A stretch of DNA of 64,000 bases from Candidatus Omnitrophota bacterium (GCA_028715785.1 JAQURC010000006.1:21630-85629), one strand, 5' to 3'; numbered from the stretch's first letter, positions 54,728-63,668 are shown. The notes: generated by a model not told the origin, from the letters alone. Numbers and translations: made by a program.

Positions 54728-56923
54728 ATGAGCATAAGACAGAAAGTTCTATTTAAAATTAAAAGCACCGAATTAGAAAAAATAGATTTTCCTAAAAAAG
54801 TTTCCTCTTATTTCGGCGTGAATACCTTTAGCACGGAAACTATGCAAAAGCATATTTCTAAAGGTACTTTTGAGGCATTCAAGACCTGGATGTCTGAAGG
54901 TAAAACCATAACTTTAGCGCAGGCAAACGAAATTGCCGATGCGATGAAGGAGTGGGCAATTGCCAAAGGCGCTACCTATTATACGCACTGGTTCCAGCCG
55001 ATGACCGGGCTTACCGCGGAAAAGCACGACAGCTTTATTTCGATAACCGCTCCGGGAAAAGTAATCGAAAAATTCTCGGGGAATAAATTAATCCAGGGGG
55101 AGCCGGATGCATCCAGCTTTCCTTCAGGAGGAATCCGGGCGACCTTTGAAGCCAGAGGTTATACTGCCTGGGATCCATCAAGTGCGGCGTTTATTATCGA
55201 AAGTACGCTTGGCAAAACTTTGTGTATCCCCACAATATTTATTTCTTACCACGGTGAAGCTTTAGACAAGAAGCTGCCGCTTTTGCGTTCGGATGAAGCG
55301 TTAAATAACGCCGCTTTAGGCCTGATTAAACTTTTCGGCCATAAAGATGTAAAAAAGATATTTTCTACCTGCGGTCCGGAGCAGGAATATTTCCTGATCG
55401 ATAAGAACTATTACAATTTACGCCAGGATTTGATCATGACCGGCCGGACCCTGGTTGGAGCGCCGTCTCCTAAAGGCCAGCAGTTAGAGGACCAGTATTT
55501 CGGCACGATTAAAGAGCGGGTGGTTAATTTTATGTTCGAGGTCGCTGAAGAGGCTTACAAGCTGGGCATACCGGTAATGACCCGGCACAATGAAGTTGCC
55601 CCGCATCAGTATGAATTTGCTCCGATATTCGAAGAATCAAATATCGCCGCCGATCACAATCAACTGCTTATGGAATTGATGAAAAAGATTGCCTTAAGGC
55701 ATGGGATGGTCTGCCTTTTGCATGAGAAACCTTTTGCCGGAATCAACGGCAGCGGAAAACACCTGAACTGGTCGCTGGCCGATGATAAAGGCAATAACCT
55801 GCTTAATCCCGGGCAGACTCCGGAGGATAACCTGCAGTTTTTGGCAGTTTTAGCCGCGGTATTAAGAGCGGTCTATCTGCACGCTGATCTCCTGCGTGCT
55901 TCGGTTGCCCTGGCTGGCAATGAACATCGCTTAGGCGCTAACGAGGCCCCTCCGGCCATTATCAGCGTATTTTTAGGCGAACAATTGACTTCGATCCTGG
56001 ACATGATTGAAAAAGGGGCTAAATCCAAAGTTTCTAAAAGCGACATTATCGATTTAGGGATAGGCCGCCTGCCCAAATTTAACAAGGATACAACCGATAG
56101 GAACCGCACCTCGCCTTTTGCCTTTACCGGGGCCAAATTTGAATTTCGCGCCGTCGGTTCATCGCAGAATATCTCCACACCCATCGCGGTAATCAATACC
56201 ATTATTGCTGAAAGCCTTGATTATGTTGCTGAGCAGATTAAAAAGGCCAAGTCCACGGGCAAGGATTTTAATTCCGCGGTATTGCTGGTAATCTCTAAGA
56301 TTGTTAAAGAGACCAAGGATATCCGCTTTGAAGGAAATAACTACGCGCAAGAGTGGATTAAAGAAGCTAAGAAACGGGGACTGCCGAACATCGCTTCGAC
56401 TTACCAGTCCCTGGAGGCTTTAACCAAAAAAGAGAATATCGCCCTTTTTGAGAAATACAAAGTCTTTTCTAAAGAAGAGCTGATCGCCCGTTACCATATC
56501 TGGATCCATATGTATAACCTGACCCTGGAAATCGAGGCCAATACCTTAAACGAAATGGTTAATGCTTCGGTAGTGCCGGCAGGTTATGAATATGAAAAAT
56601 TATTGGCGGCAAACCTGGACGCGTTAGTCAAATTACATAAAGACGCCAGCCTGAAAGTTGATAGCGGAGCGTTAAAAGACAAAAAGGATCATTTGGCTGA
56701 GATAGTTGCCAAGATTTATTATGTGCGCAGGAATGTCGGTGAAATGGTTAAGTTGCTTGAGGATGCCGGTAAACTAAACAACGAAAAACGCGCCGCGCTT
56801 TATTTTGATGAGCTTAAGCCTTTGATGGAGCATATTCGAAGGCACGTTGATCAGCTGGAATGCGTAGTTTCCGATGATGCCTGGGATCTGCCTAAGTATC
56901 GGGAAATGCTGTTCATAAAATAA
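54728..56923 (+). CDS. glnN: Glutamine synthetase type III (GlnN/GSIII).
   Basis: 731 aa, the characteristic GSIII length. GS catalytic-domain motifs (NGSGKHLNWS, EYEFAPIFEESN, AAVLRAVYLHADLLRAS, NRTSPFAFTGAKFEFRAVGSS). Confidence 0.8.
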   Translation: MSIRQKVLFKIKSTELEKIDFPKKVSSYFGVNTFSTETMQKHISKGTFEAFKTWMSEGKTITLAQANEIADAMKEWAIAKGATYYTHWFQPMTGLTAEKHDSFISITAPGKVIEKFSGNKLIQGEPDASSFPSGGIRATFEARGYTAWDPSSAAFIIESTLGKTLCIPTIFISYHGEALDKKLPLLRSDEALNNAALGLIKLFGHKDVKKIFSTCGPEQEYFLIDKNYYNLRQDLIMTGRTLVGAPSPKGQQLEDQYFGTIKERVVNFMFEVAEEAYKLGIPVMTRHNEVAPHQYEFAPIFEESNIAADHNQLLMELMKKIALRHGMVCLLHEKPFAGINGSGKHLNWSLADDKGNNLLNPGQTPEDNLQFLAVLAAVLRAVYLHADLLRASVALAGNEHRLGANEAPPAIISVFLGEQLTSILDMIEKGAKSKVSKSDIIDLGIGRLPKFNKDTTDRNRTSPFAFTGAKFEFRAVGSSQNISTPIAVINTIIAESLDYVAEQIKKAKSTGKDFNSAVLLVISKIVKETKDIRFEGNNYAQEWIKEAKKRGLPNIASTYQSLEALTKKENIALFEKYKVFSKEELIARYHIWIHMYNLTLEIEANTLNEMVNASVVPAGYEYEKLLAANLDALVKLHKDASLKVDSGALKDKKDHLAEIVAKIYYVRRNVGEMVKLLEDAGKLNNEKRAALYFDELKPLMEHIRRHVDQLECVVSDDAWDLPKYREMLFIK

Positions 56924-56927
56924 AAAG

Positions 56928-56958
56928 GGTTACCAAAACAGCCCTTTTCTTACTTGTA
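56928..56958 (+). promoter_or_regulatory. Conserved motif GGTTACCA-N11-TTCTTACTTGTA (copy 3), 5 nt after the glnN stop and upstream of the gltBD leader.
   Basis: Third exact occurrence of both half-sites with identical 11-nt spacing. Confidence 0.55.
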
Positions 56959-57001
56959 TATATAGACACGCTGTTGTGTTTATCATAACGAATAGAACGT
57001 A

Positions 57002-57052
57002 GACGTTCATGCTGGCTAAAACTGTTTTTTGCCAAAATGAACGTCTTTTTTT
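57002..57052 (+). terminator. Leader terminator: GACGTTCAT ... ATGAACGTC + TTTTTTTG. Alternative upstream hairpin GAACG-TAGA-CGTTC (56995-57008) overlaps its 5' arm.
   Basis: 9-bp stem with internal substructure and a 7-T run. It lies between the conserved motif and gltB. The ORF track's ATG at 57037 lies inside the 3' arm. Confidence 0.55.
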
Positions 57053-57084
57053 GTCAACAGCCATGCCTAAAGTTTGGGCATAAT

Positions 57085-57468
57085 ATGATTACTATAGTTA
57101 TTACCGAAGATGAAACAAAGGCAAAAGAGGCTTTGGCTAAGATGTTAAAGCAGGAGGGGTACACTTTATCCCCGGATACAAGCCGGGAAAATGTAATCCG
57201 CGTCGTGAAAAAGGATTGTATAAGGGACCTGGCTTTTATCAAAGACAGGGTAGTGGAATTAGAAAATTCATTGTTTATTGAAAAAAAGGGAGTATTGTAT
57301 AAATCCGTTTTGGAGGCAATCGAGAAACCTTTGCTTGAACAGACGCTAGAGCGTTGTGAAGGCAACCAGCTTAAAGCCGCCCGCATCCTGGGGATTAACC
57401 GCAACACCATGCGGGCCAAAATTAACAAATTAGGTATTGATGTTTCAAGGTGGAAAATAAATTTATGA
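57085..57468 (+). CDS. Small Fis-type HTH protein (like the C-terminal DNA-binding domain of NtrC-family activators, without receiver or AAA+ domains). Start uncertain: 57085 or 57037.
   Basis: C-terminus LEQTLERCEGNQLKAARILGINRNTMRAKINKLGI is the Fis/NtrC HTH signature. The preceding ~80 aa have no sigma-54 activator motifs (no GAFTGA, no Walker A). Confidence 0.5.
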   Translation: MITIVITEDETKAKEALAKMLKQEGYTLSPDTSRENVIRVVKKDCIRDLAFIKDRVVELENSLFIEKKGVLYKSVLEAIEKPLLEQTLERCEGNQLKAARILGINRNTMRAKINKLGIDVSRWKINL

Positions 57469-60400
57469 AACAGGCGCGTTTACCAAAAAAGCAGGGTCTA
57501 TACGACCCGCGGTTTGAGCATGATTCCTGCGGAGTAGGGTTTGTTTGCAATATCAAAGGCAAGAAAAGCCATGATATTGTTAAGCAGGGGCTGGAGGTTT
57601 TACGGCGCTTAAGCCACCGCGGAGCAACCGGCGCGGACCCTAAAACCGGTGACGGCGCGGGCCTGCTTATCCAGTTTCCTCATGAATTTTTTGTATCGAT
57701 ATGCGCGAAAGAAAAGATCAATCTGCCTAAAGAAGGTGAATATGCCTCAGGGTTAGTCTTCCTGCCGCAGGATGCCAAAGAGCGCAGGTTTTGTAAAGAG
57801 GCCTTTGAGAAAATAATTAATAGCGAAGGGCAGTTATTTTTGGGCTGGCGTAATGTACCGGTAGATAATTCTGATATCGGCCAGAGCGCCAAAGACACCC
57901 AGCCGGTGATCGAGCAGATATTTATTGGCGCTGCTGCGGTGTCATTGCGAGCCCCGAAGGGGCGAAGCAATCCAAAAGAGATTGCTTCGTCGCCTGCGGC
58001 TCCTGGCAATGACAATTTAGATAACCTGGCTTTTGAAAGAAAGCTTTATGTTATTCGTAGGCAGGTTGAAAATATTATCCGCGCCTCCAAAATAAAACAA
58101 AAAACATCTTTCTATATTCCCAGCTTGTCCGGCCGCACATTTATCTATAAGGGCCTGCTTATGCCGCATCAGGTAGAAAACTTCTTTTTGGATTTAAGTT
58201 CCCAGGAAATTAAAAGCGCTTTAGCCATGGTCCATTCGCGTTACTCTACCAATACTTTTCCCACCTGGGACCTCTCTCAACCGTTTAGATTTATCGCCCA
58301 TAACGGAGAGATCAATACTTTAAGGGGCAATATTAATTGGATGCGTGCCCGCCAAAACTTCTTAAAGAGCCAATTATTCGGCCAAGACTTAAAGAAAATA
58401 TTTCCGGTAATTGTTCCGGGCGGCAGTGATTCGGCGGCCATTGATAATGTTTTTGAGCTCCTGACCTTGTCCGGCAGAAGCCTGACGCAGGCAATCTCGA
58501 TGCTCATACCGGCTGCTTGGGAACAGAATAACCTGCTTACCCAGGAGGTAAGGGCTTTTCATAAATACCACACCTGTCTTATTGAGCCCTGGGACGGCCC
58601 GGCAGCCATGGTTTTTACTGACGGGATATCTATCGGAGCAGTGCTTGACCGTAACGGATTGCGGCCCTGCCGTTATATTGTTACCAAAGATGATTTTGTG
58701 GTGATGGCCTCCGAAGTAGGAGTTTTAGATATCGATCCTGCCAAGATCCTTCATTCAGGACGGCTTGAGCCGGGCAAGGCATTTTTTATCGATACCAAAG
58801 CCGGGTGCATAATTGAAGACAGCCGGATAAAAAAAGAGCTCAGCGAAGATAAGCCATACGATCAATGGGTTAAGAAGAATATACTGGAGTTAGACAGTTT
58901 AAAAGACAGAGGACAGAAGACAGAAGATAGAGGACAGAGGAGAGAAACAAATATTTTGACCCAATTAAAGGTTTTTGGTTATACCCGCGAAGATCTGAAA
59001 ATGATTATTAAGCCGATGGCTGAAAATGCCCAGGAACCGGTGGGCTCGATGGGCAATGATACCCCGCACGCCGTACTTTCAACCAGGCCGCAACTCTTGT
59101 TTTCCTATTTTAAACAATTATTCGCCCAGGTAACTAACCCTCCGATTGATCCTATCCGTGAGGAGCTGGTGATGAGCCTGGCCAGTTATTTGGGCCCGGA
59201 AAAGAATATTTTAAGCGATGGAGAGGACCACTGCCATAAATTATTAGTAAAACAGCCGATTTTAAACGACGCGGAATTAAAGAAAATCAGAAAAATTAGA
59301 ACAAGCGGATTTAGGACTAAAACAATCTCCATAAATTTTAAGATTTCCGAAAAGGACGCCTTCAAAAGGACATTGGAGAGAATACGTAAAGAGGCAGAGC
59401 AGGCGATATCCGCCAAAGGCGGATCCCTGCCTGTCCGGCAGGCAGGCGCCTCCGGCGGAAAAAAAGGCTATACTTTTATTATTTTAAGCGACCGCGGAGT
59501 GAATAAAGATTATGCCGCTATTCCCAGCCTCCTGGCGGTTTCAGCGCTGCACCATTATCTGGTGCGCCGTTCTTTGCGCACGCAGATCAGCATTATTTTA
59601 GAGAGCGCCGAGCCCCGCGAAGTAAATCATTTTGCCCTGCTTTTTGCCTACGGAGTTGATTGTGTTAATCCGTATCTTGTATTTGGCGCCTTGGAAAAGA
59701 TGGCTAAAGAGAAAGAATTGAACCTTGGCGCCGAGAAGGCAAAGCATAATTACATAAAAGCCATCGACAAAGGGATACTCAAAGTCCTTTCCAAGATGGG
59801 CATCTCGACTTTACAGAGTTACCGCGGGGCCCAGATTTTTGAAGCGGTGGGATTAAATAAAAGCGTAATTGATGAATATTTCACCGGCACAGTTTCCCGG
59901 ATTAACGGCGCATCTTTAGGGGTAATTGTTAAAGAAACTATTCTGCGCCATAAGGAGGCTTTTGCCGTAAGGAGCCAAGGCGAAAATCATCTGGCTTCCG
60001 GCGGCCTTTATCAGTGGAGGCGCGACGGAGAATTCCATCTCTGGAACCCGGACACGATTGCCGCTTTGCAGGATGCCGCGCGCAATAATGATGCCAAAAA
60101 ATATCAGGAGTTTGCCAGCTTAATTAATGATCAGTCAAAAAATCCGACTACTCTAAGAAGCCTGCTAAAATTTAAAATACAAAAATCTATCCCGCTAAGT
60201 GAAGTTGAGCCGGTTGAAGAAATTGTAAAAAGGTTTGCTACCGGGGCGATGAGTTTTGGCTCAATCAGCCGCGCCACGCATGAAACGATTGCTATCGCCA
60301 TGAATAGGTTAGGTGGAAGGTCTAATACTGGAGAGGGCGGCGAAGACCCCGCGCGTTTTGTTCCGTTGCCTGGCGGAGATTCTGCCAGAAGCGCGATAAA

Positions 60401-62132
60401 GCAGGTTGCCTCCGGGCGTTTCGGCGTAACCACGAATTATTTAGTTAATGCCGATGAAATCCAGATAAAAATGGCCCAAGGCGCAAAACCCGGCGAGGGC
60501 GGCCAGCTTCCCGGGCATAAGGTAAGCGCGATAATCGCCAAGACCCGCTATACTACCCCGGGAGTTACTTTGATTTCCCCGCCTCCGCACCATGATATAT
60601 ATTCAATCGAAGATTTAGCGCAGCTTATCTTTGACCTAAAAAACGCAAATCCCAAAGCGCGGATTAGCGTAAAATTAGTTTCTGAAATCGGCGTAGGCAC
60701 GGTAGCCGCGGGTGTGGCTAAAGGGCATGCCGATATGATCCTTATTTCCGGCCAGGACGGAGGCACCGGAGCTTCTCCTTTGAGTTCAATTAAACACGCC
60801 GGACTTCCCTGGGAGCTGGGGCTTTCCGAAACGCACCAGACTTTAGTCTTAAATGATTTAAGGAGCAGGGTGCGCCTGCAGAGTGACGGCCAGATGCGCA
60901 CCGGACGGGATGTGGCGATTGCCGCAATGCTTGGCGCCGAAGAGTTCGGTTTCTGCACCGCGGTATTAATCGTGTTGGGATGCGTGATGCTGCGTCATTG
61001 TAATTTAAATAATTGTTCGGTAGGGATTGCTACCCAAGATGAGATCCTGGAAAAAAGATTTACCGGCCGGCCGGAATATATTATTAATTATTTTACCTTT
61101 ATCGCCGATGAACTGCGCCAGATCATGAGCTCTTTAGGCATAAAAAAATTAGAGGATATGGTCGGCAGGGTGGATCTGCTGGAATTGAATCAGGAGATTT
61201 TACCCTGGAAGGCAAAAGAAATCGATTTTTCTAAAATCCTTTATAAACCTCAGGTGCCGGAGTCAGTAATTACGCATTATTGTAAAAAACAGGACCATGG
61301 TATTGATAAGATTCTGGATTTAAAGTTGATTGAATTATCCGAGCCGGCATTGGCAGAAGCTAAAAACGTGGAAATAAATCAAAAGATCGAAAACGTAAAC
61401 CGCGCCACCGGGGCAATGTTAAGCGGGGAGGTTTGCCGGCGGTTTGGCGAAAGCGGGCTGCCCGAAGATACGATTAAATGTAATTTTAAAGGGGTGGCCG
61501 GCCAAAGCTTCGGGGCTTTTTTGGCCAAAGGGATAACTTTTGCCCTGGAAGGCATGGCTAATGATTATGTGGGCAAAGGGATATCCGGAGGTAAAATTAT
61601 AATTTATCCGGATAAAAAAGTTGATTACAAACCGGATGAAAATATTATTATCGGCAACACTACTTTCTACGGGGCAATCAACGGAGAGGCATATATACGG
61701 GGGGTTGCCGGAGAGAGGTTCTGTATCCGGAATTCCGGGTTAAATGCGGTTATTGAGGGTTTGGGAGACCACGGTTGTGAATATATGACCGGAGGAAGGG
61801 TGGTTGTCCTGGGAAAATGCGGCAGGAATTTCGGGGCAGGGATGTCCGGGGGGATTGCCTATTGTCTGGATGAAAGAAGAGATTTTAAGAAAAAATGTAA
61901 TTTGGAGATGGTGGCTTTGGAGAAAATAAATGCCCAAGACGCAGAGACGATCAAAAACCTGCTGTTTAACCACCGCAAATACACGCAAAGCTTTAAAGCC
62001 AAAGAGATTCTCGATGATTTTCATAAGTATGCCAATCTTTTTGTCAAAGTCATGCCTTTGGAATACAAACGTATATTGGAAGAAAAAAAGGCTGTTGGGA
62101 AGGCTGACCTGGGAGAATATACTGATGGGTGA
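57450..62132 (+). CDS. gltB: Glutamate synthase large subunit GltB (1560 aa), carrying an in-frame family-M repeat insertion and a low-complexity linker insert.
   Basis: Ntn amidotransferase start HDSCGVGFVCN. Central and FMN domains (GGKKGYTFIILSDRG, FGVTTNYLVNADEIQIKMAQGAKPGEGGQLPG, ISGQDGGTGASP). C-terminal GXGXG beta-helix (GAINGEAYIRGVAGERF). Confidence 0.9.
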   Translation: MENKFMKQARLPKKQGLYDPRFEHDSCGVGFVCNIKGKKSHDIVKQGLEVLRRLSHRGATGADPKTGDGAGLLIQFPHEFFVSICAKEKINLPKEGEYASGLVFLPQDAKERRFCKEAFEKIINSEGQLFLGWRNVPVDNSDIGQSAKDTQPVIEQIFIGAAAVSLRAPKGRSNPKEIASSPAAPGNDNLDNLAFERKLYVIRRQVENIIRASKIKQKTSFYIPSLSGRTFIYKGLLMPHQVENFFLDLSSQEIKSALAMVHSRYSTNTFPTWDLSQPFRFIAHNGEINTLRGNINWMRARQNFLKSQLFGQDLKKIFPVIVPGGSDSAAIDNVFELLTLSGRSLTQAISMLIPAAWEQNNLLTQEVRAFHKYHTCLIEPWDGPAAMVFTDGISIGAVLDRNGLRPCRYIVTKDDFVVMASEVGVLDIDPAKILHSGRLEPGKAFFIDTKAGCIIEDSRIKKELSEDKPYDQWVKKNILELDSLKDRGQKTEDRGQRRETNILTQLKVFGYTREDLKMIIKPMAENAQEPVGSMGNDTPHAVLSTRPQLLFSYFKQLFAQVTNPPIDPIREELVMSLASYLGPEKNILSDGEDHCHKLLVKQPILNDAELKKIRKIRTSGFRTKTISINFKISEKDAFKRTLERIRKEAEQAISAKGGSLPVRQAGASGGKKGYTFIILSDRGVNKDYAAIPSLLAVSALHHYLVRRSLRTQISIILESAEPREVNHFALLFAYGVDCVNPYLVFGALEKMAKEKELNLGAEKAKHNYIKAIDKGILKVLSKMGISTLQSYRGAQIFEAVGLNKSVIDEYFTGTVSRINGASLGVIVKETILRHKEAFAVRSQGENHLASGGLYQWRRDGEFHLWNPDTIAALQDAARNNDAKKYQEFASLINDQSKNPTTLRSLLKFKIQKSIPLSEVEPVEEIVKRFATGAMSFGSISRATHETIAIAMNRLGGRSNTGEGGEDPARFVPLPGGDSARSAIKQVASGRFGVTTNYLVNADEIQIKMAQGAKPGEGGQLPGHKVSAIIAKTRYTTPGVTLISPPPHHDIYSIEDLAQLIFDLKNANPKARISVKLVSEIGVGTVAAGVAKGHADMILISGQDGGTGASPLSSIKHAGLPWELGLSETHQTLVLNDLRSRVRLQSDGQMRTGRDVAIAAMLGAEEFGFCTAVLIVLGCVMLRHCNLNNCSVGIATQDEILEKRFTGRPEYIINYFTFIADELRQIMSSLGIKKLEDMVGRVDLLELNQEILPWKAKEIDFSKILYKPQVPESVITHYCKKQDHGIDKILDLKLIELSEPALAEAKNVEINQKIENVNRATGAMLSGEVCRRFGESGLPEDTIKCNFKGVAGQSFGAFLAKGITFALEGMANDYVGKGISGGKIIIYPDKKVDYKPDENIIIGNTTFYGAINGEAYIRGVAGERFCIRNSGLNAVIEGLGDHGCEYMTGGRVVVLGKCGRNFGAGMSGGIAYCLDERRDFKKKCNLEMVALEKINAQDAETIKNLLFNHRKYTQSFKAKEILDDFHKYANLFVKVMPLEYKRILEEKKAVGKADLGEYTDG
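57939..58016. repeat. MITE/REP-like family M, copy 4, inserted in-frame within gltB (encodes AAVSLRAPKGRSNPKEIASSPAAPGND).
   Basis: GTGTCATTGCGAGCCCCGAAGGGGCGAAGCAATCCAAAAGAGATTGCTTCGTCGCCTGCGGCTCCTGGCAATGACAAT. Same terminal and internal inverted repeats as the intergenic copies. 78 nt, which is 26 codons, with no stop. Confidence 0.8.
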
Positions 62133-63567
62133 TCCAAAAGGATTCTTAAAAGTTAAAAGACAGCCCGGGACATACCGTCTGGTTTGCGAAAGAATAAAAG
62201 ATTTCGCCGAAGTTAATTTATTGCGGACTGAATTTCAAAACAAGGAGCAGGCATCGCGCTGTATGGATTGCGGCACGCCTTTTTGCCACTCCGGCTGCCC
62301 CATCGGTAATTATATACCGGAATGGAATGACCTTGTTTTTGCCGGCCAGTGGGAAAAGGCCTTTAGTTTACTTAACGCCACCAATAACCTTCCGGAAATT
62401 ACCGGAAGGATTTGCCCTGCGCTTTGTGAATATGCCTGTGTTTTGGGGATCAATGATGACCCGGTAACGATTCGGGAAAACGAATTGAGTATTATCGAGT
62501 ATGCCTTTAAGAATGATTTAATCCAGCCGCGAATTTTAAGCAAGAGGACAGGAAAAAAAATAGCCGTAGTCGGTTCCGGGCCGGCAGGCCTGGCCTGCGC
62601 CGACCAGCTGAATTGCGCCGGGCATAAGGTTGTGGTTTTTGAAAGGGATGATGCCATTGGAGGAATTTTGCGTTATGGGATCCCCGAGTTTAAGCTGGAG
62701 AAGAAAATAATCGACCGCCGGATAAAGATCCTGCAAAAGGAAGGGATAAAATTTAAAACGAATGTTGATGTAGGCGCGGATTTATCCGCGCGAAAATTGT
62801 TGCGGGAGTTTGACGCGGTTTGTATTGCCTGCGGGTCGCGGCAGCCGCGGGACCTGCATATTGAGGGCAGAAACCTTTCCGGCATCCATTTTGCCATGGA
62901 TTATTTGATTCAATCCAATAAAAGGATAAAAGGAGAGAGGATACCGGATGATTTATTGATTGACGCAAAGGATAAGCGCGTAGCGGTGATCGGCGGAGGA
63001 GATACCGGAGCAGATTGCGTGGGAGTGGCGCATCGGCAAGGCGCATCCTGCGTTACGCAGATCGAGATTATGCCTAAACCCGCCTCCTGCCGCACTAAAG
63101 ATTACCCCTGGCCAAAGTATCCTTTATTGCTTAAATCTTCGACCAGCCATGAAGAAGGCGGACAAAGAGATTGGTCAATATTAACCAAAAAATTTACCGG
63201 CTCAAGCGGAAAGGTAAAAAAACTTTCCTGCGCAAGGGTGGAGTTTAAAAAAGATGCCGCGGGGTGCCCGGTCATGCAGGAAGTAAGGGATTCGGAGTTT
63301 GAAATCGAAACCGACCTGGTGATTCTGGCTTTGGGTTTTTTGCACCCTGAGAAAAAAGGGATAATCGAGGAACTCAGATTGGATTTGGATCAAAAGGGAA
63401 ATGTAAAAACAAGCGATAATTTTATGACTTCTAACGAAGGCCTGTTTGCCTGTGGAGATATGCGCCGCGGCCAATCCCTGATTGTCTGGGCAATTGCCGA
63501 AGGCAGGCGCGCTGCCCACTATATCGACAAATACCTTATGGGTGATTCAATCCTGCCGGTGTTATAA
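62125..63567 (+). CDS. gltD: Glutamate synthase small subunit GltD (NADPH-dependent). Start MGDPKGF at 62125 (8-nt overlap with gltB); the track's 61930 extension is rejected.
   Basis: N-terminal Fe-S cysteine clusters ([17 protein letters not shown]; CPALCEYAC). FAD/NADPH Rossmann motifs [12 protein letters not shown] and [14 protein letters not shown]-terminal [18 protein letters not shown]. Confidence 0.9.
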   Translation: MGDPKGFLKVKRQPGTYRLVCERIKDFAEVNLLRTEFQNKEQASRCMDCGTPFCHSGCPIGNYIPEWNDLVFAGQWEKAFSLLNATNNLPEITGRICPALCEYACVLGINDDPVTIRENELSIIEYAFKNDLIQPRILSKRTGKKIAVVGSGPAGLACADQLNCAGHKVVVFERDDAIGGILRYGIPEFKLEKKIIDRRIKILQKEGIKFKTNVDVGADLSARKLLREFDAVCIACGSRQPRDLHIEGRNLSGIHFAMDYLIQSNKRIKGERIPDDLLIDAKDKRVAVIGGGDTGADCVGVAHRQGASCVTQIEIMPKPASCRTKDYPWPKYPLLLKSSTSHEEGGQRDWSILTKKFTGSSGKVKKLSCARVEFKKDAAGCPVMQEVRDSEFEIETDLVILALGFLHPEKKGIIEELRLDLDQKGNVKTSDNFMTSNEGLFACGDMRRGQSLIVWAIAEGRRAAHYIDKYLMGDSILPVL

Positions 63568-63572
63568 AATTC

Positions 63573-63668
63573 GTAACAGTTCAACTCTTGGAAGCGCTCC
63601 GACAAGATTGTAGGGCAGGTTTAAACCTGCCCTACGACGATCTCCTTCTGAAAGCTGAACTGTTACTA
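63573..63668. repeat. Composite nested hairpin after gltD: outer arms GTAACAGTTCAACTCTTGGAAG / CTTCTGAAAGCTGAACTGTTAC enclose P1 palindrome copy D (63610-63635, GTAGGGCAGG-TTTAAA-CCTGCCCTAC).
   Basis: Perfect 26-nt GTTTAAAC-centred palindrome flanked by a ~22-nt imperfect inverted repeat, 6 nt after the stop. Likely operon terminator or REP. Confidence 0.65.

Noticed and set aside
51900-57000. Sigma-54 (-24 GG / -12 GC) promoters and NtcA (GTA-N8-TAC) sites upstream of amt, glnN and gltB.
   Set aside because: Explicit scan of the three upstream regions found no TGGCAC-N5-TTGCW-like element and no GTA-N8-TAC. The conserved motif there is different (GGTTACCA-N11-TTCTTACTTGTA).
51960-57010. Canonical ANTAR dual-hexaloop RNA targets (loops with A1 and G4) in the three leaders.
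   Set aside because: Candidate small hairpins have loops GCUGUU, GUAGAC/UAGA, GCGUU, UUGAAG, none fitting A1/G4. The ANTAR link is kept only as a hypothesis.
58900-58950. Possible CRISPR-like or tandem DNA repeat in gltB.
   Set aside because: Only ~2.5 imperfect 8-nt units inside a coding region; no spacers, no cas genes. It is a low-complexity coding insert.
61930-63567. 545-aa version of gltD starting at 61930.
   Set aside because: The N-terminal extension overlaps the gltB 3' end in another frame. Conserved GltD starts at MGDPKGF (62125) with an 8-nt overlap typical of gltBD.
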